Shown here: positions 10,020 through 20,114 of the stretch, piece by piece | Layout: every line of letters begins with the position of its first letter | Numbering within the stretch: position 1 is the stretch's first letter | IMG/VR virus record: IMGVR_UViG_3300002144_000477 | Coordinates: 96,001-160,000 of that record | DNA length: 64,000 nt | From: a virus | Direction: 5' to 3' (one strand) | Made by a program: the position numbers and the translations under genes | The notes under the pieces: generated by a model | The model's database searches: none | The model's input: only the letters and a program-made list of their open reading frames with translations | What the model was told of the DNA's origin: nothing

Positions 10020-11087
10020 ATGAACAAAGTAAAAGTAGTTCTAGCAGATCCGTTAAACTCTACTAGAACAATAGACTACACCATTGAAGTTGCAGACCAT
10101 ACTATGGCTAATAATTGGTATGGGGCACTGAATAACCTACTAAGCAGGAACGCCTACTTAGAGAAAAACTTTTGCTTTATGGGTTTCCCGAACACTGCTC
10201 GAGATTTGTCTTACTTGTGTAACGAGCTTAAGTGGGCAACTGACACTATTAATAACTTCTTTGACGACTATAAAATCAATGAAGTTTATACACCGGATAC
10301 TCTACGCAATGGCCTAGAACCAAATCAGGATATCATGAATAAACTTCATAATCATTTTGAAGTTCTTCAGGGCACGGTGTGGGGACTAAGTGAATATTAC
10401 AAACGAGCAGACTACCAAACAAAATTTGCTATTAGGCAACTTAACAACATCTGCCACGAAGCAGAAAGTTTAATGTTAAGTCAAAAGAAGCAAGTAGAAG
10501 CACCGCAATGGATGCGCCCGAGCCAAATTACTACTTTTTTAAATGCACCGCGCTATGAGTATCCTGCAGAGTTTAAGCGCACATTTGACAAAAGCCGGTA
10601 CGATAGGACATTCGGCACAGTGTATCAACACTGGACTCAAATTGGGAAAACACTATACGAAGTGTTTATCGACGAAAACGGTAAAGACATAGATCAAGCT
10701 GAGTGCGAAGCAATTACACATTTGCGATACTACTCGGGTGAGTTTGATATCGAATGGAGCAGAGATATTACATATTCTGGAGATTATCCTTGGCACAAAA
10801 CACGAATGGACGAGTTCGAAGAATGGCTCTTGCGTAATCGATTTGATCTAACGGATACTGAGTACAATTTCGGTTACCACGATGTAGCACAAGTGAACTT
10901 ACTTGAAAGTTTTGGTACAACTGAACCAGAAGCAGTATGGGATATTCTCGGCAAGCATTTAAATATTGTTCGAATTGAAACACAGCAAACATCATGTGAC
11001 TTTAAGTACTCGTGGGCAGATGCAGACTACAAACAACAACAAATCGACATGCTGAAACCCGGATATGATTACAGTAGCAGGCGGTGA
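10020..11087 (+). CDS. hypothetical phage protein
   Basis: 355-aa ORF in operon; repeated LN/MNxLH-like helices, no recognised family. Confidence 0.75.
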   Translation: MNKVKVVLADPLNSTRTIDYTIEVADHTMANNWYGALNNLLSRNAYLEKNFCFMGFPNTARDLSYLCNELKWATDTINNFFDDYKINEVYTPDTLRNGLEPNQDIMNKLHNHFEVLQGTVWGLSEYYKRADYQTKFAIRQLNNICHEAESLMLSQKKQVEAPQWMRPSQITTFLNAPRYEYPAEFKRTFDKSRYDRTFGTVYQHWTQIGKTLYEVFIDENGKDIDQAECEAITHLRYYSGEFDIEWSRDITYSGDYPWHKTRMDEFEEWLLRNRFDLTDTEYNFGYHDVAQVNLLESFGTTEPEAVWDILGKHLNIVRIETQQTSCDFKYSWADADYKQQQIDMLKPGYDYSSRR

Positions 11088-11853
11088 TAGTTTTGTCTAC
11101 GGTAGCGAATTAGCAGACTGTAACAACACACCAAGCAACAACACATTTACAGCATTGCTAGCGCAAGAGCATACCTATCACTGTGCCGCGTATCCAGGAA
11201 ACAGTAACGAAGCCATTGCTAGGCAAACCGTTAATGCTTGTCACCGATACAATCCAGATCGTGTTATAGTCAGTTGGACATTTCCTGGCAGGTATGAATT
11301 TAGATTTGGTTACAATACTGGACAACGTTTAAGTCCATGGTATAGTATTAACAGTTGGACCGTTGAACAAAATGTTTCTGCAATTGAACAAGAGTTCATT
11401 ACCAAAGACGAGCATATTCTCAAAGCACAAATCGACACAATAGAACGTGCAAAGAAAACAGGTGTTGCAGATTTTGCAAGAACTTTTTACCAACACGTGG
11501 GGTCCACTGAATACTGGGAAGTGTATAGTAGCCTTAAAGAAATTGTATACCTCCAAAACTATTTAAAATCGAGAAACATTGCTTATTTGTTCACGCTAGC
11601 AGATTATTCTATATTTGACAATTACACAATACAACATTGCGATGCTACTATTGCAAGTTTAGTCGACTCAATTGATATGTCACGATTTTACTTTTTCCCG
11701 CCCGGAACACAAAACGGTGAAACAACCACACACAGAGGTTTCTACCAGTGGGCATTGGAAAATAAATACAAAGTGGGCACAACGCATCCACTAGAGGAAG
11801 CGCACTACGCCGCTTACTTATTATTACAGGACTACTTCAATGCAATGGATTAA
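11065..11853 (+). CDS. SGNH/GDSL-like hydrolase or acyltransferase
   Basis: N-terminal GGDSFVYG, GNSN, C-terminal THPLEEAH. Confidence 0.7.
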   Translation: MITVAGGDSFVYGSELADCNNTPSNNTFTALLAQEHTYHCAAYPGNSNEAIARQTVNACHRYNPDRVIVSWTFPGRYEFRFGYNTGQRLSPWYSINSWTVEQNVSAIEQEFITKDEHILKAQIDTIERAKKTGVADFARTFYQHVGSTEYWEVYSSLKEIVYLQNYLKSRNIAYLFTLADYSIFDNYTIQHCDATIASLVDSIDMSRFYFFPPGTQNGETTTHRGFYQWALENKYKVGTTHPLEEAHYAAYLLLQDYFNAMD

Positions 11854-11941
11854 AAACATAATCAATCGAATCAAACTCGAAATTCAATATCGTAAGAAAC
11901 TAAAAGAGTTAAGAAAACGTGATCCTTTTATTTACAAATGA
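11840..11941 (+). CDS. 33-aa basic peptide ending KRDPFIYK (not in the ORF track)
   Basis: MQWIKNIINRIKLEIQYRKKLKELRKRDPFIYK; fills the gap exactly, AGGA SD, ATGA coupling to the next gene. Confidence 0.75.
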   Translation: MQWIKNIINRIKLEIQYRKKLKELRKRDPFIYK

Positions 11942-12639
11942 CACGTAGACGAATTCTTACAGTAGGTGATAGTTTTACATTCGGGGAAGAACTCCCTGAC
12001 AGAGAACAGCATGCATTCCCTTATCTATTACGAGATTACCTCGGAGTCAACGAAGTAATAAATTTAGGGTTAAGCGGTGCAAGTTCTGACTATGTGTTCC
12101 GCACCACAATCGAAACATTAATCTCGGATCCTGATCCATTTGATTTAGTGCTAGTCTGCTGGCCAGAACAGAGTCGGTTTGAAGCAATACACAACCATCC
12201 ATCGTTTGTTCCAACTGAAAGTGCGCCTCATATTAAACCAATGGCGTGTTTGATACGCAAGCCAGGTAAAGCAACCCCCGGTTACGAACCAAAATGGGTG
12301 CAAGAGTATTACAAATACAGTTACGATACAGCATGGGGCTACCGTAAACAATTTAATCAAATGATTGCATTGCAAGCATTTTTAAAACAGCGTAAACAAC
12401 CGTATGCTATGTATAATGTAGCAGGACTACAGGGCGAGTACGGTAGATACAAAGTTTTTTTACAACATCAGTTTGCCGGGATAGATAGCAACAACTTTAT
12501 AGGATGGCCACTGGATGGATTATTAGAATGGCAAGGGGACTGCGTTAAAGCGCCAGGCGGACACCCTTTAGAATTAGGGCATCAACGAATAGCAAAGGTT
12601 ATCTATGAACATATTAGGAATAGCGGCTGGTTTTCATGA
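11938..12639 (+). CDS. SGNH/GDSL-like hydrolase or acyltransferase
   Basis: VGDSFTFG, NLGLSGAS, GHPLELGH. Confidence 0.75.
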   Translation: MTRRRILTVGDSFTFGEELPDREQHAFPYLLRDYLGVNEVINLGLSGASSDYVFRTTIETLISDPDPFDLVLVCWPEQSRFEAIHNHPSFVPTESAPHIKPMACLIRKPGKATPGYEPKWVQEYYKYSYDTAWGYRKQFNQMIALQAFLKQRKQPYAMYNVAGLQGEYGRYKVFLQHQFAGIDSNNFIGWPLDGLLEWQGDCVKAPGGHPLELGHQRIAKVIYEHIRNSGWFS

Positions 12640-14104
12640 CGCCGCAGTCACGTTAATTAACGATCAGGGCGATATCCTGTTTGCAAGCTCAAGCGAAAGA
12701 TACAGCGGAATAAAAAACGATCCTAAGTTAGCAAGAGATATGCTAGCTGAAATTGATCTCTCGGAAGTACACAACGTTGCGTATTACGAAAACCCGCTGC
12801 AAAAGCAATTACGACAATTGTACGCAGGTCAATGTGTAGAGTTAAACAAACTAACTACTCGGCAGGTCCTTCGCTCAGTTGGATATCCTGCTAAAACCGG
12901 TTTGTTTGGCACTAGGTGTAACGTAAAGTCGTATCCTCATCATATGAGCCATGCTGCTGCCGGGTTTCAAACTAGCCCGTACGATGACGCTACGGTGTTA
13001 GTAGTGGATGCAATCGGTGAATGGAATACCGCAACTATATGGGATGCCCGGTACGATAGCGAGGGCAAAGCAGTATACAAAAAGTTATGGAGCCAATCGT
13101 ATCCGCATAGTATCGGATTATTCTACAGTGCATTTACTAAGCACATCAATCTTAAACCTCTAGACGAAGAATACATTTTCATGGGCATGGCAGCGTGGGG
13201 AGAAAATCGCTGGTTTGATCGTATCTATACTGACTTCATTGAGAATTCGAGCGAATTAACATTTAAGAAAAATTTACATATTGGTATAGATCCAAATTAC
13301 TTACCCGACGCTCTTAATGTTGATATTGCCGCTAGTGTGCAAAGCATCACGGAACATCTATTAGATCGATTAGTAAATAAAGCAAAGCACATGAATACAA
13401 GTAAGAATCTTGTATTCATGGGGGGAGTCGCATTAAATTGTGTTGCCAATGCAAACATCGGAGCGCATTACGAGAATATTTGGATTATGCCAAATCCGGG
13501 CGATGCCGGTAGTAGCTTAGGTGCCGCCGCACTGATGTACGGAAAAAAACTGAACTGGGATGGGCCATTTCTTGGTTATAATATTCCGGGCGAGTACCCA
13601 GTTAACCAAATGGTTGATCAGCTATTAGCAAATCAAATCGTTGGAGTTGCTACTGGTCGCGCAGAGTTTGGGCCTAGAGCGTTAGGACACCGCAGTCTGC
13701 TTGCTGATCCACGCGGCTCAGAAATTAAAGATAGAGTAAACGAAATTAAACGTCGACAAAAGTTTAGACCATTTGCTCCAATGATTTTAGAAGAAATGGC
13801 AGACCAATATTTTAACATGCCGAAAAATTGGAAAGCCAGCCCATATATGCAAACTGTTGCAGTAGTTAAAGACCCATCACAGTTTCCAGCTATATGCCAT
13901 ATCGACAATACTGCACGAGTACAAACAGTAGGCCGTGAACCTCAGTTTGCTGGAGTAAGAGAACTACTCGAAAAATGGTTCGTGTTAACTGGATGCCCGA
14001 TGCTGCTAAATACTTCGCTTAATATCAGGGGAGAGCCCATGGTTAATACTCGCTCGGATGCTGATAGATTCGAGGATCAATACGGTATAACAGTAATATC
14101 ATGA
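12605..14104 (+). CDS. carbamoyltransferase, CmcH/NodU/TobZ family
   Basis: HDAA, HHMSHAA, DAIGE, MGMAAWG, GGVALNC, PGDAG, EFGPRALGHRS, FRPFAP, LLNTSLN. Confidence 0.93.
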   Translation: MNILGIAAGFHDAAVTLINDQGDILFASSSERYSGIKNDPKLARDMLAEIDLSEVHNVAYYENPLQKQLRQLYAGQCVELNKLTTRQVLRSVGYPAKTGLFGTRCNVKSYPHHMSHAAAGFQTSPYDDATVLVVDAIGEWNTATIWDARYDSEGKAVYKKLWSQSYPHSIGLFYSAFTKHINLKPLDEEYIFMGMAAWGENRWFDRIYTDFIENSSELTFKKNLHIGIDPNYLPDALNVDIAASVQSITEHLLDRLVNKAKHMNTSKNLVFMGGVALNCVANANIGAHYENIWIMPNPGDAGSSLGAAALMYGKKLNWDGPFLGYNIPGEYPVNQMVDQLLANQIVGVATGRAEFGPRALGHRSLLADPRGSEIKDRVNEIKRRQKFRPFAPMILEEMADQYFNMPKNWKASPYMQTVAVVKDPSQFPAICHIDNTARVQTVGREPQFAGVRELLEKWFVLTGCPMLLNTSLNIRGEPMVNTRSDADRFEDQYGITVIS

Positions 14105-14529
14105 AAATTTTAATATTTGGATTGCCAGGAAGCGGCAAGAGTACACTAGCAGAACCGTTTGCTAAATTAGTAGGCGGCATATGGCTTAATGCAGATGCAG
14201 TGCGTAAAGAATATGACGACTGGGACTTTACCCCCGAAGGTCGCATGAGGCAAGCACAGCGTATGAAATTTTTAGCAGATGGTGTAGTTAAAGCAGGCAA
14301 AGTTGCAATCGCAGACTTTGTTTGTCCCACTGTACAAGCTCGGGAGGAGTTTGGCGCAGACTTTGTTGTCTGGATGGATACTATCAAAGAGGGTAGATTC
14401 GAAGACACTAACAAGATGTTTCAAACACCTGCACATTATGACTATCACGTAAGTGCATGGTTTGATGATACGCATGAACAACTGGCAAAAGTAGTTTCGA
14501 AATATATGAAAGCTCAAAATGGAAAATGA
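14101..14529 (+). CDS. adenylylsulfate-kinase-like P-loop kinase
   Basis: GLPGSGKST, LNADAVR, DFTPEGR, DFVCP; shorter than typical CysC. Confidence 0.75.
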   Translation: MKILIFGLPGSGKSTLAEPFAKLVGGIWLNADAVRKEYDDWDFTPEGRMRQAQRMKFLADGVVKAGKVAIADFVCPTVQAREEFGADFVVWMDTIKEGRFEDTNKMFQTPAHYDYHVSAWFDDTHEQLAKVVSKYMKAQNGK

Positions 14530-14743
14530 AAAAGTATCACCAAAACGCCACTTAGCCAAAGCGGTTACCTGGAGAATTGCTGCCAGCACAATAACAGCAC
14601 TAATCGCTTTTGGTTTCGGTTTGCCAGCATCTGCAATAGGCGGCGTGTTCTTTGTTGACTTGGTACTGAAGTTTGTGTTATACTATTACCATGAACGCTT
14701 ATGGTATAAGCACATAACTTACGGAGTTAAAAAAGATGTTTGA
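14519..14743 (+). CDS. DUF2061-like small membrane protein
   Basis: RHLAKAVTWR ... YYYHERLW. Confidence 0.8.
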   Translation: MENEKVSPKRHLAKAVTWRIAASTITALIAFGFGLPASAIGGVFFVDLVLKFVLYYYHERLWYKHITYGVKKDV

Positions 14744-15146
14744 TAATCAACACCCCACAACACAGATGCTGGGAAGGTGGCAACCCTGGCATCCTGGACA
14801 TACCGCATTGTTTAAAAAAGCACTGATGGAAACTGGACAAGTTTGTATTCAGATTAGAGATGTTGGAGGCATTGTTGGCGCAGATGCAGGCGCAGGAAGA
14901 ACTGCTACACAAGCTGACAATCCTTTTAACTTTACCGAAGTTAAGAACAATATCATACAGGCATTGTTTGAAGAAGGTTTTACCTACAATGAGGAATACA
15001 TTATTATGCAAGTTCCTAATATTGTAGACATCAGCTATGGTCGTGGTGTAGGATATACATTTACACAGCACGACCTAGGTGAAGAAATACATGCTATCAG
15101 TGCAACTGAAATCAGAGCTAAGTTGCGAGCAGATGGAAAACTATGA
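14736..15146 (+). CDS. cytidylyltransferase-like (HxGH) nucleotidyltransferase
   Basis: GRWQPWHPGH, DNPF, ISATEIR. Confidence 0.8.
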   Translation: MFDNQHPTTQMLGRWQPWHPGHTALFKKALMETGQVCIQIRDVGGIVGADAGAGRTATQADNPFNFTEVKNNIIQALFEEGFTYNEEYIIMQVPNIVDISYGRGVGYTFTQHDLGEEIHAISATEIRAKLRADGKL

Positions 15147-15262
15147 TTTTAGATTTAGCAGTAGGTATCGCACATTCACTATTTTGGTTCGCAGTAGTAA
15201 TGCTAGAGCTGTTTGTTATTATACAAACATTGAAGTGGTTAACAGGCGATAAGTTAAACTAG
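15143..15262 (+). CDS. 39-aa hydrophobic peptide (not in the ORF track)
   Basis: MILDLAVGIAHSLFWFAVVMLELFVIIQTLKWLTGDKLN; ATGA coupling, GGA SD. Confidence 0.5.
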   Translation: MILDLAVGIAHSLFWFAVVMLELFVIIQTLKWLTGDKLN

Positions 15263-16348
15263 TAAATTATCTGTAAGCTCTTGCCATGCGCTGTCTAGGA
15301 ACGAAGATTGCTCAAACCATTTACGGTTATGAGTCAGCACTGGTTCCATTTGTTTAAGTAGTACTTCTAACTCGCTATTGCTACGAACACATAATTTAGC
15401 AATAGCATCATTTAATACTAGTATACGCTGTATTGGATCTTCAATGTCATCGTAGCTTTCGTCAATCCAGTCACTGAATGTTAAAAATCCATACGACCGT
15501 AGATACTTTAGGCTGTGTGCAGGACCTAATAACACAAATGGCATTTCACTAATTATAGGCTTAAACACTTTTTCAGTTAAGTGCTCTTTGCTACTCCAGA
15601 ATTCAGTTTCAGTGACAACAAACAGAAACGATTCCATGCATTGATCCACTGCACTTAATACCATACTGCCGTTTGGTATATGGTCCGACGAACTAGTATC
15701 AACTCGCAGTTCGGGTAACCCAGCAAGCTCATCGATTGCCCATTGTAGGTCTAGACCCTTTGTGCGTTCTGCCCATTGTAGTTGTTCAATATTGTTACCG
15801 TGCTCTGGACAGTCAACACTATAGCTAACGTGTCCTTGTTCTAATAGATTTCGACGCTTTAAGTCAGCTACTGCAATACTACGATAGCACCTTGCATTTC
15901 CAGTAATTCGGTTAAAGCTAATAAACTTTTTGTTGACTTTACGGTCGGATGGCTGTATAATATGAGGACTGTACCGGTAGCCACGGAACCAGTCGTGTGC
16001 GGCAAATATATGGTAGAAATAGTAACAATCGTCGAACTGGAATTTGTCTAAAAAATATTTTTTAGACTCACTCTGGCGTTCGGTGTTAAGTAGTATTATG
16101 CGCCTGTTGTCTGTACCAAAAGTGTTTTTAACATGGTTAAACAGTGCATCGTTGTACCCAGGTATAAGCGGTTCTTGATCATAACAAAACAATACTGGTC
16201 CTTCATCGTCGCCACCGGAGTTTAACATTTCTAGACTGTCGATACTGCTTGCACCAAAAGGAAAAGGATAAATGACCATAACCCCATTGGGCCACTTGTT
16301 GCAGGCCATGCGGAAAATGTTTTCATAATGCGAATGGATATTATACAT
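15254..16348 (-). CDS. GT-B-like (GT10/exostosin-like) glycosyltransferase-related protein
   Basis: VVTETE..LTEKVFKPI..PFV..GFLTFSDWIDESYD; paralog of 31496..32512. Confidence 0.6.
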   Translation of the reverse strand: MYNIHSHYENIFRMACNKWPNGVMVIYPFPFGASSIDSLEMLNSGGDDEGPVLFCYDQEPLIPGYNDALFNHVKNTFGTDNRRIILLNTERQSESKKYFLDKFQFDDCYYFYHIFAAHDWFRGYRYSPHIIQPSDRKVNKKFISFNRITGNARCYRSIAVADLKRRNLLEQGHVSYSVDCPEHGNNIEQLQWAERTKGLDLQWAIDELAGLPELRVDTSSSDHIPNGSMVLSAVDQCMESFLFVVTETEFWSSKEHLTEKVFKPIISEMPFVLLGPAHSLKYLRSYGFLTFSDWIDESYDDIEDPIQRILVLNDAIAKLCVRSNSELEVLLKQMEPVLTHNRKWFEQSSFLDSAWQELTDNLLV

Positions 16349-18965
16349 GTTTGATGTTTTCTACTTTGGGCCTAAGCCAAATTTATTTGCGTTTGAACGC
16401 CCTGCAAGTTCTCTTCAGGAAGCATTGCACAAGTCAAGGACTCGTTACTGTTGGTATTTATACGGCGGCAACGACTATACTGACTTTAATTTTAATATTG
16501 TGCCCGAACCATGGATGTCGCAGTTTGTACATACATGGCCTAGTCAGTGGCAAGCCGACGGTGGGGTGTACTTAGCAAGCAAGCATATTGTAGGTACACA
16601 GTATCATTTTCGTGCTGACCAAACAGTAGTTCGGATGAGTGATCCGACTAAGTGGGAAAACACTAGCAATGTCACTGACTTTGATTATAGTTGGCATCCA
16701 AGCGTACACGAACCAGATTACGAATATCATTTCCCTACACAGCACCAAAGCGCAGGCGGCCCAATCTATCCGGGTACAGCAGGCATTAAGTTGTGCAGTG
16801 ACCAACGAGCAACAGTAGGTAGCACCACCAAAAATTGGCACATACCAACTGGCATGACAGTTGATACTAGTTGGCACCCTAATCCGTTGGATCCAAGTTA
16901 CACTTATCACTTTCCCACTAAGTGGCAGAGTGCCGGCGGAGTAATGTACATTTCGACGCACTCTAGTACAACTGCTATTAAGTTTGCAGATTTTGTAACT
17001 AGCGAAGAGCCTAGCAACGAGAATTGGACGGTACCAGACGACATTGACGAGTCCACCATTGACTTTACCTGGCGCCCAAATGTATTAGACCCTTCTTACA
17101 TTTACCATTTCCCCATTGGTGATATACAAAGTTCTGGATTAGTCTATACAGCACCTGGCGCAACAGAAGTTAAACTGATGGATTACTTCCCTGGGCATGA
17201 TATAGGCACGTTTAAAGAAGTTGATGTGTTTTACGTAGACAAAAGCAACACTTTATCACAAGCAAGGTACAAAAAACTACTAAAAACTTACCCTAAAATG
17301 CAACGAATTCGGTATGCTAACAGTATGCTGGAAACTATACGTCGATGCGTTAATAGGTCTAGTACTACGCGATTCTGGGTTATCAGCAGTGAAAATGTCT
17401 ACGATGACTTTCAGTTTGATTGGCGCCCCGAGAGCTGGCAAAGTTATATGACTCATGTGTTTGGGTCGCAATGGAATAAGTGGTCCGATACTTTCTTAAT
17501 TAATAAATGGGAATTTGAACGTTCAAGTAAGTGGGCAACCGGTTTAGAACATTTTCCTAATCTAAACTTTGTAACGGATCAGCAGGTGCTAGTGCCCGAC
17601 GACCTACATGCAATAGTTTATGTAGATTGGGGGTATGATGACAACAATCAGTTTGCTAGCTTACAAACTGCTCACCCTAATATACAAAAGACAAGATTTG
17701 TTGACAACTATCTAGATACATTCAAGCGGATTATTAATAACCATCAAGGTCACGACTACATCTGGGTTATTAGCAGCCTCTGTGACTACAGTAAATTTGA
17801 CTTTAGTTGGCAACCCGAGCCGTGGCAGGCCGAGATGATACATGTGTTTCCTAGTAGCACACAGCGCCGAGGTGACACCTTTTACATCCACGTGCCAAGT
17901 TTTGCAAAACAAATGCACGATCTAGAAATACTAGATTGGTTTAATGTTATTAACTATTGTAACGAACAACAGGTGTCCCGTTGGCCTGTTAACATTGTAA
18001 CATACAATGGAGACAGTGCAGTTGATGTTGTTAACACTTTAGAGTTTAGTACCGGGCCATACGAATTAGTAATGCACCATACTACTCCGGAGCGGAATGC
18101 TATCAACTGGGCAACAACTCCTTGCTTATGGAGATCGAAAGATCGCATGGCAATAAGTTTGTCTACCAACAATGCAACAGTGCTAGTTCCACGAGATATA
18201 AAGTTACAGCAACCTATTAAACAGATTTATGATTACCCATTTGTTAGTAAAACGGAATCGAGAACAGTAGTAGCACCCCCATTGGATATTGTATATATTA
18301 GTAACGGCGAACCCGATGCTGAACGCTGGTATGAACATCTAAAGTATCAAGTGCCTAACTACAGTAACAAATTACATCGTGTAAAAAACATCAATGGCAG
18401 AATGGAAGCATACAAAGCGGCTGCAGAAGCAAGTACAACTGAATGGTTCTTTGCTGTATTTGCAAAACTTCAAGTAAGCGACACATTCGACTTTACATGG
18501 CAGCCTGACTACTTCCAGGAAGCAAAGCATTACATATTTCATGCACGTAACCCAGTTAACGGATTAGAGTATGGGCATCAAGCAATGATTGCATATAACA
18601 AAAGATTAGTACTTGAAACAATGAACAGCGGGCTGGACTTTACACTAACTAAAGCGCACGAAGTAGTTCCTATACTAAGTGGTACAGCACACTTTAATCA
18701 AGACGAATGGACTACTTGGCGTACTGCATTCCGTGAAGTGCTTAAGCTAAAACAGTTCCACGACACTAAGCCCAGCATAGAGAACGAAAGTCGTCTTAAT
18801 GTATGGCTTACAAAAGGAGCAGATGTAGAAAATGGAAAGTGGAGCATCCTTGGTGCAAAGGATGCTCTTGACTATTATGCTAGCGTTAACGGAAATCCAG
18901 AAATGCTACAGTTGAGCTTTGAATGGGAATGGTTAAGAAATAAGTTCAATGAACTGGCTAGCTAA
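16347..18965 (+). CDS. 872-aa multi-repeat glycosyltransferase-like protein
   Basis: About 7 copies of DFxWxP..(Y/W)..HxF; C-terminus (ARNPVNGLEYG, WRTAFREVLK) matches 2025..2936. Confidence 0.7.
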   Translation: MFDVFYFGPKPNLFAFERPASSLQEALHKSRTRYCWYLYGGNDYTDFNFNIVPEPWMSQFVHTWPSQWQADGGVYLASKHIVGTQYHFRADQTVVRMSDPTKWENTSNVTDFDYSWHPSVHEPDYEYHFPTQHQSAGGPIYPGTAGIKLCSDQRATVGSTTKNWHIPTGMTVDTSWHPNPLDPSYTYHFPTKWQSAGGVMYISTHSSTTAIKFADFVTSEEPSNENWTVPDDIDESTIDFTWRPNVLDPSYIYHFPIGDIQSSGLVYTAPGATEVKLMDYFPGHDIGTFKEVDVFYVDKSNTLSQARYKKLLKTYPKMQRIRYANSMLETIRRCVNRSSTTRFWVISSENVYDDFQFDWRPESWQSYMTHVFGSQWNKWSDTFLINKWEFERSSKWATGLEHFPNLNFVTDQQVLVPDDLHAIVYVDWGYDDNNQFASLQTAHPNIQKTRFVDNYLDTFKRIINNHQGHDYIWVISSLCDYSKFDFSWQPEPWQAEMIHVFPSSTQRRGDTFYIHVPSFAKQMHDLEILDWFNVINYCNEQQVSRWPVNIVTYNGDSAVDVVNTLEFSTGPYELVMHHTTPERNAINWATTPCLWRSKDRMAISLSTNNATVLVPRDIKLQQPIKQIYDYPFVSKTESRTVVAPPLDIVYISNGEPDAERWYEHLKYQVPNYSNKLHRVKNINGRMEAYKAAAEASTTEWFFAVFAKLQVSDTFDFTWQPDYFQEAKHYIFHARNPVNGLEYGHQAMIAYNKRLVLETMNSGLDFTLTKAHEVVPILSGTAHFNQDEWTTWRTAFREVLKLKQFHDTKPSIENESRLNVWLTKGADVENGKWSILGAKDALDYYASVNGNPEMLQLSFEWEWLRNKFNELAS

Positions 18966-18971
18966 GTGTTA

Positions 18972-20114
18972 TCATTTAAAAAACTCTATTACACTATTTA
19001 CAATATACTCAACTTCGGGATCTGTTAGCTCGGGATATATAGGCAAACTCAATGTTTGTTGGCATAAGTTGCGCCCTGCTTCGCTAGCAAATCCATCGTA
19101 GTCTGCGTACTCCGGATTAAAGATGTTAGATGCCGCTGACGAATACAATGGGTAATCGGCCAGCGGAGTAGTGTAATGAACTTTAGTCTCGATGCCCTGC
19201 TCTTTCAAGTGGTCAGCTAAACTATCTCTGTGAAACAAAAATATCGGAAACTTGTGCCATGCACATGTAACATTATCTTCAATTTCAAGTACACGCACGT
19301 ACGGTCTTAGTCTTTCTTGAAAGTATTTAGCAATTTCAGTTCTACGGGCTTGCCACGCATCGAAGTGATGTAGTTTAACTAACAACGATGCCGCATCAAG
19401 TTCGCTTAGTTTACTATTAGTTCCGCTTAGAACATGCCTTGATGTTTTACCGTTATCGCGTAACGACATAGCATTTAAGAACACTTCTTCGTTGTCGGTT
19501 AATAGCATTCCGCCTGACCCGTAGTTGTTTAAGTTCTTCATTGGATCAAAACTTAAACAACTAACATCGCCGAAGCTACCGCTTGGCATATCGTTGTAGG
19601 ATGCACCTAAACTTTGTGCGGCATCTTCGATAATCGGCAAAGAATCAATGTTACCAAAAAATTTAGTTAGCAGGTTTATCTTATCGTAGTCTACCATGTT
19701 ACCGTACAGGTTAACGGGCATTAGTGCATTAGTTTGGTATACGCCCAATTGGTCGGGCAAACTAGCTAAATCCATTAGCCCATGCAAGTCGGTGTCTACA
19801 ATATACGGTTTATGCCCTGTTTCGTATACGCAGTTAAGTGTAGCAACGAAGCTAACCGCAGGCACCATTATCCTGCTTTTATAAGGTAGTTTAAGGGCTC
19901 TTATTGCAAAAATAAGAGCCTGTGTGCCACTGTTTACAGCTACGGCATACTTACGCTTACAACGGAATGCTAATGCTTCTTCAAGCATTAAAGTGTAGGC
20001 ACCATCTAAGTGCCTACCCGAACTCCAAACTTGATCTGCTGTTTCTAGCAGTTCACTTCGTAAGTTTTTGTATTGCCTTTTGGTTCCAGTAAACGCTATT
20101 AGAGAGCCATTCAT
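18972..20114 (-). CDS. DegT/DnrJ/EryC1/StrS sugar aminotransferase
   Basis: NSGTQAL, IEDAAQSLG, SFDPMKNL (PLP Lys), GTNSKL, LSLPIYP. Confidence 0.93.
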   Translation of the reverse strand: MNGSLIAFTGTKRQYKNLRSELLETADQVWSSGRHLDGAYTLMLEEALAFRCKRKYAVAVNSGTQALIFAIRALKLPYKSRIMVPAVSFVATLNCVYETGHKPYIVDTDLHGLMDLASLPDQLGVYQTNALMPVNLYGNMVDYDKINLLTKFFGNIDSLPIIEDAAQSLGASYNDMPSGSFGDVSCLSFDPMKNLNNYGSGGMLLTDNEEVFLNAMSLRDNGKTSRHVLSGTNSKLSELDAASLLVKLHHFDAWQARRTEIAKYFQERLRPYVRVLEIEDNVTCAWHKFPIFLFHRDSLADHLKEQGIETKVHYTTPLADYPLYSSAASNIFNPEYADYDGFASEAGRNLCQQTLSLPIYPELTDPEVEYIVNSVIEFFK

